A stretch of DNA of 64,000 bases from positions 81,158,001 to 81,222,000 of the forward strand of contig OZ336882.1 in assembly GCA_965287045.1 (NCBI GenBank), given 5' to 3'. Below are positions 52,051-64,000 of this stretch, in pieces (the first letter of the stretch is position 1; each line of letters begins with the position of its first letter). The notes below the pieces were generated by a model, which had not been told where the DNA came from, did not search any database, and saw only the letters and a program-made list of their open reading frames with translations. This DNA is from Carcharhinus amblyrhynchos (lineage: Eukaryota). The position numbers were made by a program, and so were the translations under genes.

Positions 52051-53074
52051 CATTTCATTTGGAAATTTTGGTCTTGCTTTGCGATCATTCTTCTGAGCCT
52101 TTGACCATGCCTGCAGCATGTTTGTTACTTCATGATCACAATTATGATCTGGCGGTGCCCTGAGGACATGCATTAAATTTGATAGAACAAATGTTCCTTT
52201 TCTGTAGGTGTGGCGGGGTGGTGGGTTGGGTGATTGATGGTTGGAACAGTTTGACACCCTGGGTTATTCGGGTGTTTAGAATCCTGTTAAAATGATCAGA
52301 CACATTTACGCCTTTATTCAATAGAAGCAAGGAAACGCGAACCAACAAGACACATTTATCAATTAATTGCCTTAACTGCATTTCGCTGGCTTTCACTAGT
52401 TTGATTTCATATCAGGTTGATATTTATCTAGTCGTGCCCACATGTTTTATATGAAAGAAAACGAAATACATAGACACAGGCAGCACCTATTAGTTGAGGA
52501 ACCGAAAACTGAGAAGAGTTAAAATAATGAATATAAAAAAACGATTGAGAGTGACCGAACGCCTCTAAGAGGAGAACTGGGGGACAGTGGAATTTGCTGA
52601 TGCATTTTTCTGAAATATTAAACATAAACATGTGGGTGAATAAAAATATAGGTCGATGATGTTGATACACGGAGGGAAAAAATATTGGAACTATTTGTTT
52701 GGCTGGCGGGTAAAATCCAGCAATATTTCGCTCGTCGGAATGATCTGTTCCTCTGTTACATAATTCCGAAATTTTCAAGGCCGGCTGAGAGCGAAGTTAA
52801 GGGCTCGAAAAATTAATTTGACCTCATAAAGATGAATCAAATTATTGTTGCCTTAATCATCAGACACCATTCAAGAGACAGTACTACCTTCTATTAGCAT
52901 CAGAAACAAGAGAGAACAAAACCTGATAGGGGAAACCGGGATTTGTATTATTACAAACAGATAGCGGATAAAGCATAACATGTACACAATTCCAGTGTTT
53001 CTAATCTCAATTAATTTATCAGTTCATTCAACAGAATATATTACTTCAGTCGATGAAGTGTGAGGCAGTTTGCG

Positions 53075-53398
53075 GTGAGACGGTGGCACAGTGGTTATGA
53101 TCGCTGCGTTAAAGCATCAGGGACGTGGGTTCGATTCCCGGTTTGAGTCACTATCATGTGCGGATTTTGCACGCTCACTCCGTGTTTCCGAGGGTTTCCT
53201 CAGGGTGTTCCTGTTTCCTTCCAAATTCCAAAGATGTGCAGGCTAGGCGGATTGGTGATGCTGCATTTCCACTTAGTGTCAGAGGACTTGCTAGGGTATA
53301 TACATGGGAATAAGGGGACAGGACATGGGTGGGATTGCGGTCGGTGCAGGCTCGATGAAAACAATGACCTCCTTCTGCATTGTAGGTTTCTATGAGAA
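53075..53398 (+). mobile_element. HE1-type SINE (paralog of 18763..19080)
   Basis: cggtggcacagtggtta...gggttcgattcccgg; tail ctccttctgcattgtaggtttctatga. Confidence 0.85.
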
Positions 53399-53592
53399 AC
53401 ACTGATTCCCACTTTATCAGTTACATATCTCAGCCTCAGTTTGCCTTTGAATCTCGAATGTAAATACATTGTTTTAGCAGGGAATCGATCTGTTCCAATT
53501 GGAGAGCATTGGAAATGAAATATAAGCTACTAAGCTTTCTGACTTTACTTTTGTCAGAACAATATATCTTTGCAGTTCCAACTGAAAGAGAT

Positions 53593-54560
53593 CTATTCTA
53601 TGACGAATGAAGGGCTATAATTATGTTCTAACTGGGACCGATAGCTTTGGGTTGATTTTTTCATATTTTTAACCAATGAGGAAATAAATATCCAAGGAGA
53701 TTTCACCAAGTGAATCATTTCCTCCCTGAATTTCGTTTGTGTCGCTGCATAAATGCACGTATTTGCACAAGACTTCAGCTGAGTAAGCATATATCCTGTT
53801 TCATTGGCAATATAAACAGGATCTGTATAGACAGGTCGGATATTTACGACCAGGGCGTCAGTCCACTGACTCACCGCCGATGTCAGACTCAGCAATATAA
53901 AATTGGCGGACACAGTGAAGAGTAAAATAATGGATTTCCTTCGGTTTTCCATCTCTGGATCACGCTGATTCCCAATCCTGGGAGCACAGAGTCTCCTGCG
54001 GGCAATATTTGTCACTACAATGCGTCTGACTGTTAAACTATTAAACAGCAATATTAAAGAAAAGGGGATCAATGACAACAAAATACTTTGAAATCTGAAG
54101 TATGCTCCACCTGCTGGTGATTTAAAAAAAGCCGCACTGGGAATGTATCCCCATCGAACATTATTAATTATTTGTTTATGTTCAAATGCAAACCAAAAAG
54201 GAATGTTCTCTAAACACAGAAATATTGAAACTATGGCTACGACGATAGATGCAGCTTTCACTGTGCAATATCTGGTTTTCAGTTCCGGGCTACATATAGC
54301 TACAAACCTGTCAAATGTGAATCCAACTGTAAACCACACAGACAAACCAACGTTGACACAAGTCAAGTACAACATGAGCTTACAAATGACAGTGTAGGAG
54401 AGAAATGAATATGGAAAGCGTTTCTGGACAATTTGATGCACAATTCTATAGACGAGTGTAGTCAGTAGATCCACTGACGCCATGGCCACCATGTAGATAG
54501 AGATACTTTTCGATAGGTGGCAATTTCCTCTGCTGGCGGTCACTATTGTTAGCAGGTTCA
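53593..54560 (-). CDS. GPCR gene 4, coding exon 2; spliced product 345 aa, recent paralog of gene 2
   Basis: Acceptor tcttcttacag|TG; SVWFTVGFTFDRF, DPEMENRRKS and NTCIY motifs; C-tail extended relative to gene 2. Confidence 0.92.
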
Positions 54561-56434
54561 CTGTAAGAAGACGAGAGAGGAGTCAAATAAGGGGTACAAA
54601 TCTCACCATACATTGTGGGACCACGCAGATATATAGTTGCTAATAAGTTGAAGCGCGTTTTCTTTTTTAAATATTATTGGACACAGAACACTTGTAATGT
54701 GACTTCATTCAGAAGGTAGAAGATCGGCTTCAAGAAGGGCAACGGTAAATAAGAACAGCCTGCTTGTTGTTGAAACCCAAACAACGGTGATTCAAGGCGA
54801 GGTGGAAGGGGCTGATGAAGGGGGCAGTGACTTCACACGATGATGCTAAACCGAAAGCTTTGGACAGACATCATTCTTCTCCATTGACTTCTTTCCTAAG
54901 GTTGACACATTTATAGTGCAACAAGAAATAAAGAACGGCATTGCTTCGATCGCGATGATATTCAGGAAAGCTGAAAGATGAGCAGCAAGACTTGGCACTT
55001 GCACTTAAATAGCTCCTTTAGCTTTATAAATCATACGCAGTAGTTTCATAAAACTGGTGTAAATCGTTAAAATCGGGTCATGAACAGAGACATTATTAAT
55101 TTAACTTAAAACGTGAAAAAGCAGGCCAATATTAACGACCATCTTGAAGGAGAGAATATAGGTAAAGAGGCGGCTGACAGATTTTAATTTCTCCAGTTTC
55201 TCCTCCATGCACTTTTTTTTTGGATGACGTCCACGGGGAGTACTTTGCAGATGAGAGCACAAAGTGGGCAGGGACAGGTCCTGAATCCGAGGTCTGCACA
55301 AGAGTTAAAGGTTCAGAAGTGGGAAATGGAACAATTGCAATTGAAATTATGGCTCTACTTAAATAACGAAGAAAGATATTGAATCATAAAAAAGTTCGGT
55401 CTCGTTGAAAGAGCCCATGCGTTCATCCTGTCTGTACATTGTTACCGAATGAGCGATTAACCCAGTGCCATTTTCTACATTGCATACGTTTTTCTGCATT
55501 TCCTTACTTTCAGATAACATTCTAATTCCATTTTTATAGTTTCAGTTGAACTTGCCTCCACCATAATCCCTGACACTGCATTAAAAAAACCTAAACACGC
55601 ACGACATTTAGAACGAAATTGATCATTATATCAATATCGCTTAATTTGCGATATAAATCTAATCCATGCCCTCGGATCATCGATTCTGTCAAAAGGGGGA
55701 ACTGTTTCTCAACTATACTCAACATTTTGAATTCTTCAGTCAAGTTTCCACACTTTTTTTATTTTTGTGAGATAAAAAATCCTTATTTCTTCAATCTAGA
55801 TTCACAATTGAAGTCCCTCTACGCTGCAGCAACTCTTGTAATGTTGGCTGCATTATTTCTAATGTCTGCACATACTTTCTAAAGTGTGTCACCTGGATCT
55901 CGCCGGTATATTCTATTTGTGGTTGAAATAATGACTTATATAAATTCCACACAAACTCCTTGTTCTTGTACCCCTACCCTGATGAATAGCATCCCGAATA
56001 TTGTATTTTTTATGCACATTTGCCTCAGCAAACTCCACCACCTTCTATAATTTATACAGAGATGCACCTCGGTCCAATTTCTCCTCAATTTTTTTACTCG
56101 ACATCTTGTCTTGTCTCTCCATGTGCTTCCAACCAAAAAGAAATTATTCCCATTACTCTGCATTGAAATTAATTTACCAGCTGTCTACTCTTTGCAAGAA
56201 CACGTTAGCGTTCCGTCCAATTTCGACACGACCCCTTCATTAGCTCACAATGCTTGCAAGCTTTGTATAATCTGCCAAGTTCGCAATTTTGTACCGAAAA
56301 TTCGCAATGTATTAATATCAGGAAAAACAAGTTTTCTAATAGTGATTTCTGGGGAATCCCCAAACGAAACTTTATTCAATTCAAATGAAATATCTTTGGG
56401 TTGGGCGGTGTGGGGAGTGGGTGGCGGCGTTTGG

Positions 56435-56770
56435 GGTGTTACAGTGGCACAGTGTTTCGCGTTGCTGCCTCACAACGTTAGTGGCCAGGGGTCAATTATT
56501 GCCTTCTGTGTCTATGTGGAGTTTGCACAATCTCCCTATGCGTGAATAGGTTCCCTCCGGGGGCTCCGGTTTCCTGCCACAGTCCAAAGATGTACACGTT
56601 AGATTTATGAGTTTCTTCTCGCTGCCCCAATATATGTAAAGGTTTTGGCGGGGTAATTACGAGCAGTTTCGGGCGTAGGGCCTGAATAATGTGCCCTAAC
56701 AAAGAGTTGGAAACAAACCCGACAGGACGAAAGGCCTAATTGTGCATTGTACAATTATATATCGCTTTGA
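56435..56770 (+). mobile_element. HE1-type SINE (paralog of 22130..22465)
   Basis: Near-identical to the copy A element. Confidence 0.8.
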
Positions 56771-56954
56771 AATTCTGCAAGCGCCTATTTCTTATTTCCT
56801 AATCCTTGTTTGCCACTAGTATGTTGCACGGTATTGTACTAACCACTTTTACAATTCAATTCACACAGTATCAACAGAATTGTCCACACACATGTCGTAT
56901 GTAAACCCCTCAAAACATCTCCAACGTATTAGTTGAACTTGATTCTTTCCCCTG

Positions 56955-58270
56955 AGAAATACTGGTAGTTATAAGCCAGTTAGTCTTACTTCGGTGGTCG
57001 GTAAGTTCATAGAAAGGGTCCTGAGGGAAACGATTTATGGCCATTTGGAAAGATGCAGCTTAATCCAGAATAGTCAGCACGTTTCGGGAGGAGTAAGCCC
57101 TGCCTCGCAAATTTGATTGATTTATTTGAGGAGGTAATTAAATGTGCATTTGAAGATAGAGCAGTTGATGTCGTATACATGGAGTTTAGTCAGGCGTTTG
57201 ATAATTTTCCCCAATGGTAGGCTCATGAAGAAAGTAAGGAGGTGTGGGATAGAATGAAATTTGGCTGATTGGATAAGTAACTGGTTGTCTCATAGAAGAC
57301 AAAGGATGTGGTGGAGGGAACATTTTCAGACGAGAGGCCAGTTACCAGCGGTGTACCACAGGGATCAGTGCTGGGTCCCCTGCTTTTTGTGATTTTTATC
57401 AATGACTTGGAAGAGGGGGCTTATTGTGGGTTAGTAAATTTGCTGATGGCCCCAAAAGTGATGGAGTAGTGGATGAGGCGGAGGGCTCTTGTAGGCTGCA
57501 AAGAGGCATTGATAAGATGCAGAGCTTGGCCAAAAAGTGGCAGGTGGAACTTAACCCTGATAAGTGTGAGGTGATTCATTTTGTTTGGACAAACTTGAAT
57601 GCGGATTACAGGGTCAACGGCAGGGTTCTGAGGAATGTGGATGCACACAGAGATCTTGGGGTTCATACCCACAGACCTCTGAAGGTTGCCACTGAAGTGG
57701 ATAGAACGTGAAGAAGGCTTATAGTGTGTCAGCGTTTATTAACAGGGGGCTTGAGTTTAAGAGTCGTGGGGTTATGCTGCAACTATACAGGGCCTTGGTG
57801 AGACCACATTTGGAATATTGTGCGCAGTTCTGGTCACCTCACTATAAGAAGGATATGGAAGCATTGGAGAGAGGAGGTTAAGCGGGATACTGCCAGGTTT
57901 GGAGGATATGTCTTATGAGGAAATGTTGAGGGAGCTGGGGCTTTACGCTTTAGAGCGGCGGAGGATGAGAGGCGACTTAATGGATGTTTTCACGTTGATG
58001 AGGGGGACAGATAGAGTGGACGTGCAGAGACCATTTCCTTGTCTGGATGTAACTGTTACTAGGGGGCTTAACTGTAATGTTCATGGTGGGGAGAGATAGG
58101 AAGAACTTCCGAGGTAGATTCTTTACTCAGAGAGTGGTTGGGGTTATTGGATAGGCACATGGAACACACCAGAATGATAGGGAATGGAGTAGCTTGATCT
58201 TGGGTTCAGACACAGCTTGGCACAACAGCGAGGGCCGAAAGACCTGCACCGTGCTGTTCTATGTTCTATC
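56955..58270 (+). mobile_element. CR1 fragment (paralog of 22650..23965)
   Basis: ORFs 57424 and 57899 match 23119 and 23594. Confidence 0.9.
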
Positions 58271-58944
58271 CATGAGAATGAAACGTGTGTATGCAGTTCC
58301 AGTCAGATACCAAGTCGTGCGGAATGTTGAAGGAGACAAGCTTGGTAAAATATTCCCTTTCGAATAGTAAAAACGAATATTTTTCTCTTTGAAAAAATTC
58401 CTTTTGGCAATGTTCCTGGAGTCAAACTTTATTGGAAAGTTTCAAGTGTGGAGATTGAAATGTTTTACCCTGATTGGGAAGGCGACAATGTGTTCACAGA
58501 ATTTACAGAGGTAAAGGGACTTGGAAATGTGGCAGTGGTTTGAATGGATCATGGGATAAAAGACATTTCTTATCTTTGAGGGAGATGCCAATGAAGTGAA
58601 TACTTTCAACGGAAGAATGGTGACCATTAATAGTATCAACCAACAAAGGGACAACAGAGGATGTTGCATGGTCTGAAATGTGGACTGAATGATCCAGGAA
58701 GCTAGAACGTGGGTCTCATGATGAGTTTAAAGAAGGAATCTGAATGCATACGTGTCTATGCTGTGCTGGGCGGGAAGAACATTCCTCCTGGAACATGGAC
58801 AGCATGATCCGCAGGGCCAAGATTCTATGTAATCACGGGAGGTTAATGGAACAAATTATACGATTTTACATTTGAGTCTCTTCATTTACTTGAATGCCAG
58901 CGACAAAATTAGAGACAAATAGCATTCAACAAAATTCCAACAAA

Positions 58945-59740
58945 TTAACTGGAAATTTAAATTTAATCCGGGCAAGCTTGAGATAATACGTTTTGGAAAA
59001 TCCAATGCATGTTAGGATTCTACATTAAATGGTAGAACCCTAACCGGTATGGACAGCCGGAGAGGCCTGGAAGTGTAAGTCCACCGATCTCTAAACCGGC
59101 AATGCAGTTGGATAAGGTCCTCAAGAAGGCAAATGGCATGTTTGCCTTCATCGATCGCGGCATTCAGTAAAAGAATACACATGTCATGCTGCAGTTGTAC
59201 AAAGCAATAGTTCGGCCTCATTTAGAACACTGTCTACAATTCTGGTCGCCACACTACCAGAAGGATGTGGATGCTTTGAAGAAGGTACAAAAGAGGTTTG
59301 CGAGGATGATGCCTGGCCTGGGGAGTATTATCTGTGAAGAGTGGTTGGATAAACACAGTTTGTTCTCACTGGAAAGATGGAGGTTGAGAGGTGACCTGAT
59401 AGAGGTTTACAAGATTATGAGTGGCATGGACAGAGTGGAGAGTTCGACGCTCTTTTCTGGGGCAGAAAAGTCAAGAGTTCGGAGATATAGGTTTCAGGTG
59501 CGTGGAGAAATTTTCAGAGGAGCTGCGTGAGGCAATCTATTGACAGGGAGTGTACAGAATGCCCGGAATGCGCTGCGCAGGAAGCAGCATTTAAGGGACG
59601 ACGAGACTAATACATAAATAGGATATGAACGGAATGATTCAGTGCATATGGTTTTATTTTTTGCAAGAATCATGATCAGCACAGCCTGTGTCTGTGCCTT
59701 TCTTTGTTCCTTGTTCGTTGTTCTACATCCATTCAAATAA
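58945..59740 (+). mobile_element. CR1 3' fragment (paralog of 24640..25435)
   Basis: ORF 59186..59530 LQLYKAIVRPHLEHC...RLRGDLIEVYKIM. Confidence 0.85.
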
Positions 59741-60335
59741 AACCTCCGCTTTAGGTAATTGAATATAATTTGAAACACCTCTCTCTTTCCCTTTTATAAT
59801 GTCCGAGAGGGAGAAGAGGGAAAAGAGCGTGAGCTGAATGTGAACTGGTGGAACCGGAATTGGAATGGGAACAAACAAAATGTGTTTCAAAAAAAGTATA
59901 TCTCAAAGCCTCATAACCTTCGTCAGAATAATTATCAAGGGGCTGTCGTCGGAGGTCAAAGATATCAATGGGTAAATACAACGGTTGTCATCATCTACTC
60001 ATCAATTGAGAATGGGTAACGATCCTTGTCATGTCAACGCCGCCCCAGTGCCTTGAAATAACAAATCAAAACACATTCCTTTGTGATTCATTATACTATT
60101 AGAGTGGTGGGGATTCATTCCCGCCATCTCTTATTATAGGTAGCGAAGTTGAGGTCCCTCATTCTGCCGAGCAGCAGAGCGTCTCAGAGGATGTGTGGGC
60201 TCCGAAACGCATGAATGTTCATTATGCTAACACACTAGAAATAAAACGACTCTGCAAGCACATTCTCTCTTCGATACAGAACCATTAACAGTGACATATT
60301 CAGCACCTATTAAGCAGCAGGACATACTGACTTGC

Positions 60336-60405
60336 CTGGTGTACCAATGGCTACGAGCACGGGGTAGTAAATATCCTCGACCTGTAGAATTATTGGCCGT
60401 TCCAT
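60336..60405 (-). CDS. GPCR gene 4, coding exon 1 (MERPIILQVEDIYYPVLVAIGTP)
   Basis: Identical to 26031..26100, including the CAG|gcaagt donor. Confidence 0.88.
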
Positions 60406-60476
60406 TGTTTCGAACACTTTTCGCTGTCTCTCCGGTTTTACAGCTCCCATTGGAAAGTTTCTGAGATCTCTCCCAG

Positions 60477-60488
60477 TCCCCTTTTATA
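60477..60488 (-). promoter_or_regulatory. Putative TATA box TATAAAAGGGGA of gene 4
   Basis: Same position relative to the ATG as in gene 2. Confidence 0.55.
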
Positions 60489-62849
60489 GAACAATCCATG
60501 CGCAGCTGAGAAAAAAAAAATACAGCTTGCACAATATCTGCCGTGAGCGACAGTCAAACAAACAAAGCACGGGTTCCACTTTGGTGCATTGAAAACGTCA
60601 ATGACAAACTTGAGCAGGTCAATCAGGAAACCTGCTGCCGATAGAATTGATAAACGGAAAGTGGTCCCAGAGGAAATGGGCCTCATTCATAAAGGTCATG
60701 AAATTGGTTCAAGACAGTCTATAGAATAGTGCACCGAAAAGCCAAGCAGGTTTCTTTGTAAAGACGAAGGTTTCAGTGATCTCTTAAAATAGATTGGCTT
60801 CGTAGGAAGTATGCAATTGATATGATAGCAATTTGATTGTGTTGAAATGTGATTCAGTTCCCTCTGAACCTGGCACGATAAGTCTCACCTTCGCAAATGG
60901 CGTAGCATGGATTATGAGCTCCCAAATGTAGAATTTGACAGACCACTTGAAAATATATGATTGTAGTCACGAAATTACTGCCATAAAATAGTTGGCATAC
61001 AATTTTAAATATGTATGCCTTCATTCCAGGAACAACACCTCCGACGAGAAAAGTAATATTGAATCTGACTAACTAAAATAGTCAATGATGGGACAAAATC
61101 GTCAAATGGAGTTGCAAAGCTGAAGAAAGAAAGGTTTTAGCGTTCAAGAAAATGTGATCAGCAATTGTGAGGATAGGCTAAAGAAAATATACTACAAAAC
61201 CTAATGCACAAATTGTCTGTAAATGTTTCTTGAAGACAGGCAAGGGGAAGATATTCGTGAGAGTCGCCATTAGACAAAGGTGAAAGGAATTTAAGAGATC
61301 ATTGAAAAACAATTCAAAGGCAACGTGAACGCAAATATCGACTAAAAATAAGGAATTCGGGTGTGAGCATTAACAGAGAAACAGTACTGGAGGCATCCTT
61401 GGGATTGATGGGAACAAAGTGTCCGAATGGGTCAATGAGAGTTTAATAATGAGGTATCAGCAAGATAGAGGTTGAATTGTATTTACTCTTTTAGAATTAA
61501 TTGGAAAGTCGGAGAGTTCGCAATGATTGCAATCATGGTCTTAATCCCGTTGTTTAAAAATGTCCCAGGGAGATAATGCGAAACTGCAGGCCAGATAGCT
61601 TTACATCACTGCTAGGCAAAATTGTATTTAGATATATGGAAAATCAAAGGATTTGTAAAGGGAAAACGGAGCAGGAAAAACACTCTGTGAGCGAATATTG
61701 AGCATGCACTTAGGAAGGTAGGTAAGGTGGGGACGAGTAAGTGCTGCATTTGGATTGTCAGGAAGCATTCACTAAAGTAGCCCCAAAGAGATTTAACACA
61801 CTATTAAAATATATGGGATATGGAAGAACACATTAAGACGAATTGGGAATTAAAAATGGGGGAAAAAAGTATTGAATAGAAAAGAAGATACATTTTCAAG
61901 TTTGCATGCAACAATCGTTGGACCAAATGTAAAAATGTTTGGACTTCAGCTATTAACAATCTAAATGCAGAACATAGACTATTATCTGAGTGCAAGTTTT
62001 CCAAGTTGATTAGAAGATTGGAATGTACTGAATAAAACGTCCGTTAGTCCACAGTTAGAATATTGTTTGTAATACTGGTTAGCACACTCTCAGCACAGCG
62101 TGATTGCAGAAGCAATGGTGCAGAGGATATTCACCAGTTTCTTGCCTGGGCTAGCGTATTTTAGCTATAAAGAGCGGCTAGTAGGTTGGGACTGTAATAG
62201 AGAGTGCTGAGAGGTGACATGACAGAGGTGTAAAAATAATGGGGGATATCTATAGGGTAAATAGGAAGGAATGTTTCTGCTGAGAAGAGGGGTGAGTAAC
62301 TGGGCGACCACGATTTAAACCGAGGGGCAGGAGATTTAGACTAGATTTGACGGGAAAAGGTCATCTCGTTGAAGACAGTAGGGTCAACTAATGTTACAGT
62401 ACCCGAAAGAAAGTTTAAACAGCACATTTACTTGTTGAGTCATTGAGGGTCACAGGCCCAGTGTCAGAGGTAAAGGGTGGTTGAAGCACATAAAATGATG
62501 TCGACGAAATACCAGACAATCGAGATGGAGCATTTCAGCTGCTACTTTGCAAATGCTCAGCGGTTTTCCAGAGGAAACTACAAAGAATAAAAGGGCGAAA
62601 GTCATAATTATTTGATCGCCCTGGCAATTTCTACCTTTGTTTTCTCGTGTCTACACAATGCTGTGTGCCCTCAGTAATAAAATAGAAATGGAGATGGGAA
62701 GATTGGAACGCTTAGGTGTCGTAAGAGCTCTACAGTTCTCTGAACGTGCCGTGTGTGCTTACTCCATATTCAAAAAAACTCACTGTAACAATACGTGGGC
62801 GTTAAAAATTAACTATAAACTAACAATCTGAGATAGGTAGATACACCTT

Positions 62850-64000
62850 TTTCATACATGAGGATATCTATGCCCATTTAGCAGCTAACATTTAGTGCAC
62901 GTCGTTAGAAATCAGCCTCGCCATCCAGCAGATGGATTTCGATGAATATTCCAGGTGGTTAGTTAGCAACAAAATCCATCATATTATAAAAAACATTATA
63001 TTAGTCTACAATCTTGGAGCATCTTTGGTCTGTGCTATTTCGCACAAATGTTGGAAAGTTTATTGGACAGCATTTCTCAACTTGTGGTGTACTCGGATGA
63101 CTTGCTAATCACGGGAGCGTCCCGGCAGGAGGAAAGGGCAAACTGAGAAGAGGGTTTGAAACTTTAATGAAATGGGCGTCTGTTTGAAAGATGAGAATTT
63201 CACTTTGCATGCACATCAATTTATACATCGGCTTCACCTTACAGTTGTCAGCCCTGTTTGTACAATGGGATCCCACCAAACTATTGATCGTGATTTGTCA
63301 CCATGTGGAAGAAGTCTTGTCCCACAAGATGTCGGATGCCAGGACGTGGCAGTCGCATTTGTGTCAATGGCCACATCAGCTGCTGAGAACTTGTTCTGTG
63401 TCAAATAAATATTTGGAAGCAAATTATGCACTGATGAAATTTCATCTGCATCTCTGCGGTAGACAATTAACATAGCACCAGCCATTGTTGGGTTTTCCTT
63501 GATAGGATAAGGTAAAACCTCCAGCTGCCTCTGCGAGGGTACGAGGTGGCTACTATTGCTACCTATATACAGCTACTCCTTTTGGAATAAAGCAGGGAAA
63601 CAATTAACAAATGCGGGTTTGCTCAGCCGCCTTCTTGTAAGAGTGAACCGTCACCACTGTACCATAGGAAATAGTGCTGGTACTGAACCTGAAAGAGAGT
63701 TGATTAGTCCAACCTACTCATATATAAAAACAGTCAGAGCGACAGGGGCTCAGTGCTCTGAAATGAGAGGAGAAATGCGACGCAAAATGGCGCTACAAGA
63801 GCGCAAAGTAGACCTTTCCTACATTATAGTTTGGAGATAATATGAGGGGATACCATCTTATCGTGTCGGCTATTATTGCTGGAATTGACTGCAGGTCTCT
63901 CTCCCCAGGCAAAGTAAGGTGAAAACGCGCTTGCCAGAAGTTACATTTGGAGGCTGGGCATGAATAAAGAAATCAAAATGAAGGTCAGCCTTTGTCCGAG
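62850..64000 (+). mobile_element. Gypsy-like pol remnant (paralog of 28550..29696)
   Basis: gtggtgtactcggatgacttgctaatcacggga (VVYSDDLLITG). Confidence 0.7.

Larger units (their letters stand above)
51261..64000 (+). repeat. Segmental duplication copy B (contains gene 4), runs off the window
   Basis: Collinear with 17711..29696 apart from the CR1 insert at 51301..52050 and small indels. Confidence 0.97.

Noticed and set aside
51406-52257. 283-aa ORF as a novel fusion protein
   Set aside because: The N-terminal part is non-coding flank (same text at 17711..17959) fortuitously in frame with the inserted CR1.

Overview
Eukaryotic DNA, almost certainly from a shark (elasmobranch), judged by HE1-type SINEs, HER1/CR1-type LINEs and shark-type Penelope fragments. 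The genic content is a cluster of four apparently intact two-exon class A GPCR genes of the GPR139/GPR142-like type. Each has a 70-nt first coding exon missed by the ORF track, a phase-1 intron inside TM1 and a large second exon. Gene 1 is on + (2583..8870, 331 aa), gene 2 on - (19311..26100, 333 aa), gene 3 on - (40612..43975, 333 aa) and gene 4 on - (53593..60405, 345 aa). Genes 2 and 4 lie in a >=12 kb segmental duplication (17711..29696 vs 51261..64000) with patchy identity, a copy-specific CR1 insertion, a shared GC splice donor and a frameshifted C-tail. Three of the four receptors lack the canonical TM3-ECL2 disulfide. The rest is decayed retroelements (CR1, Rex1-like, RTE, Tx1-like, Gypsy, Penelope, SINEs), two degenerate 19-bp minisatellite arrays, a perfect hairpin and a U2-snRNA-headed element. 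All identities were judged by eye, no searches were run, and repeat boundaries are approximate.
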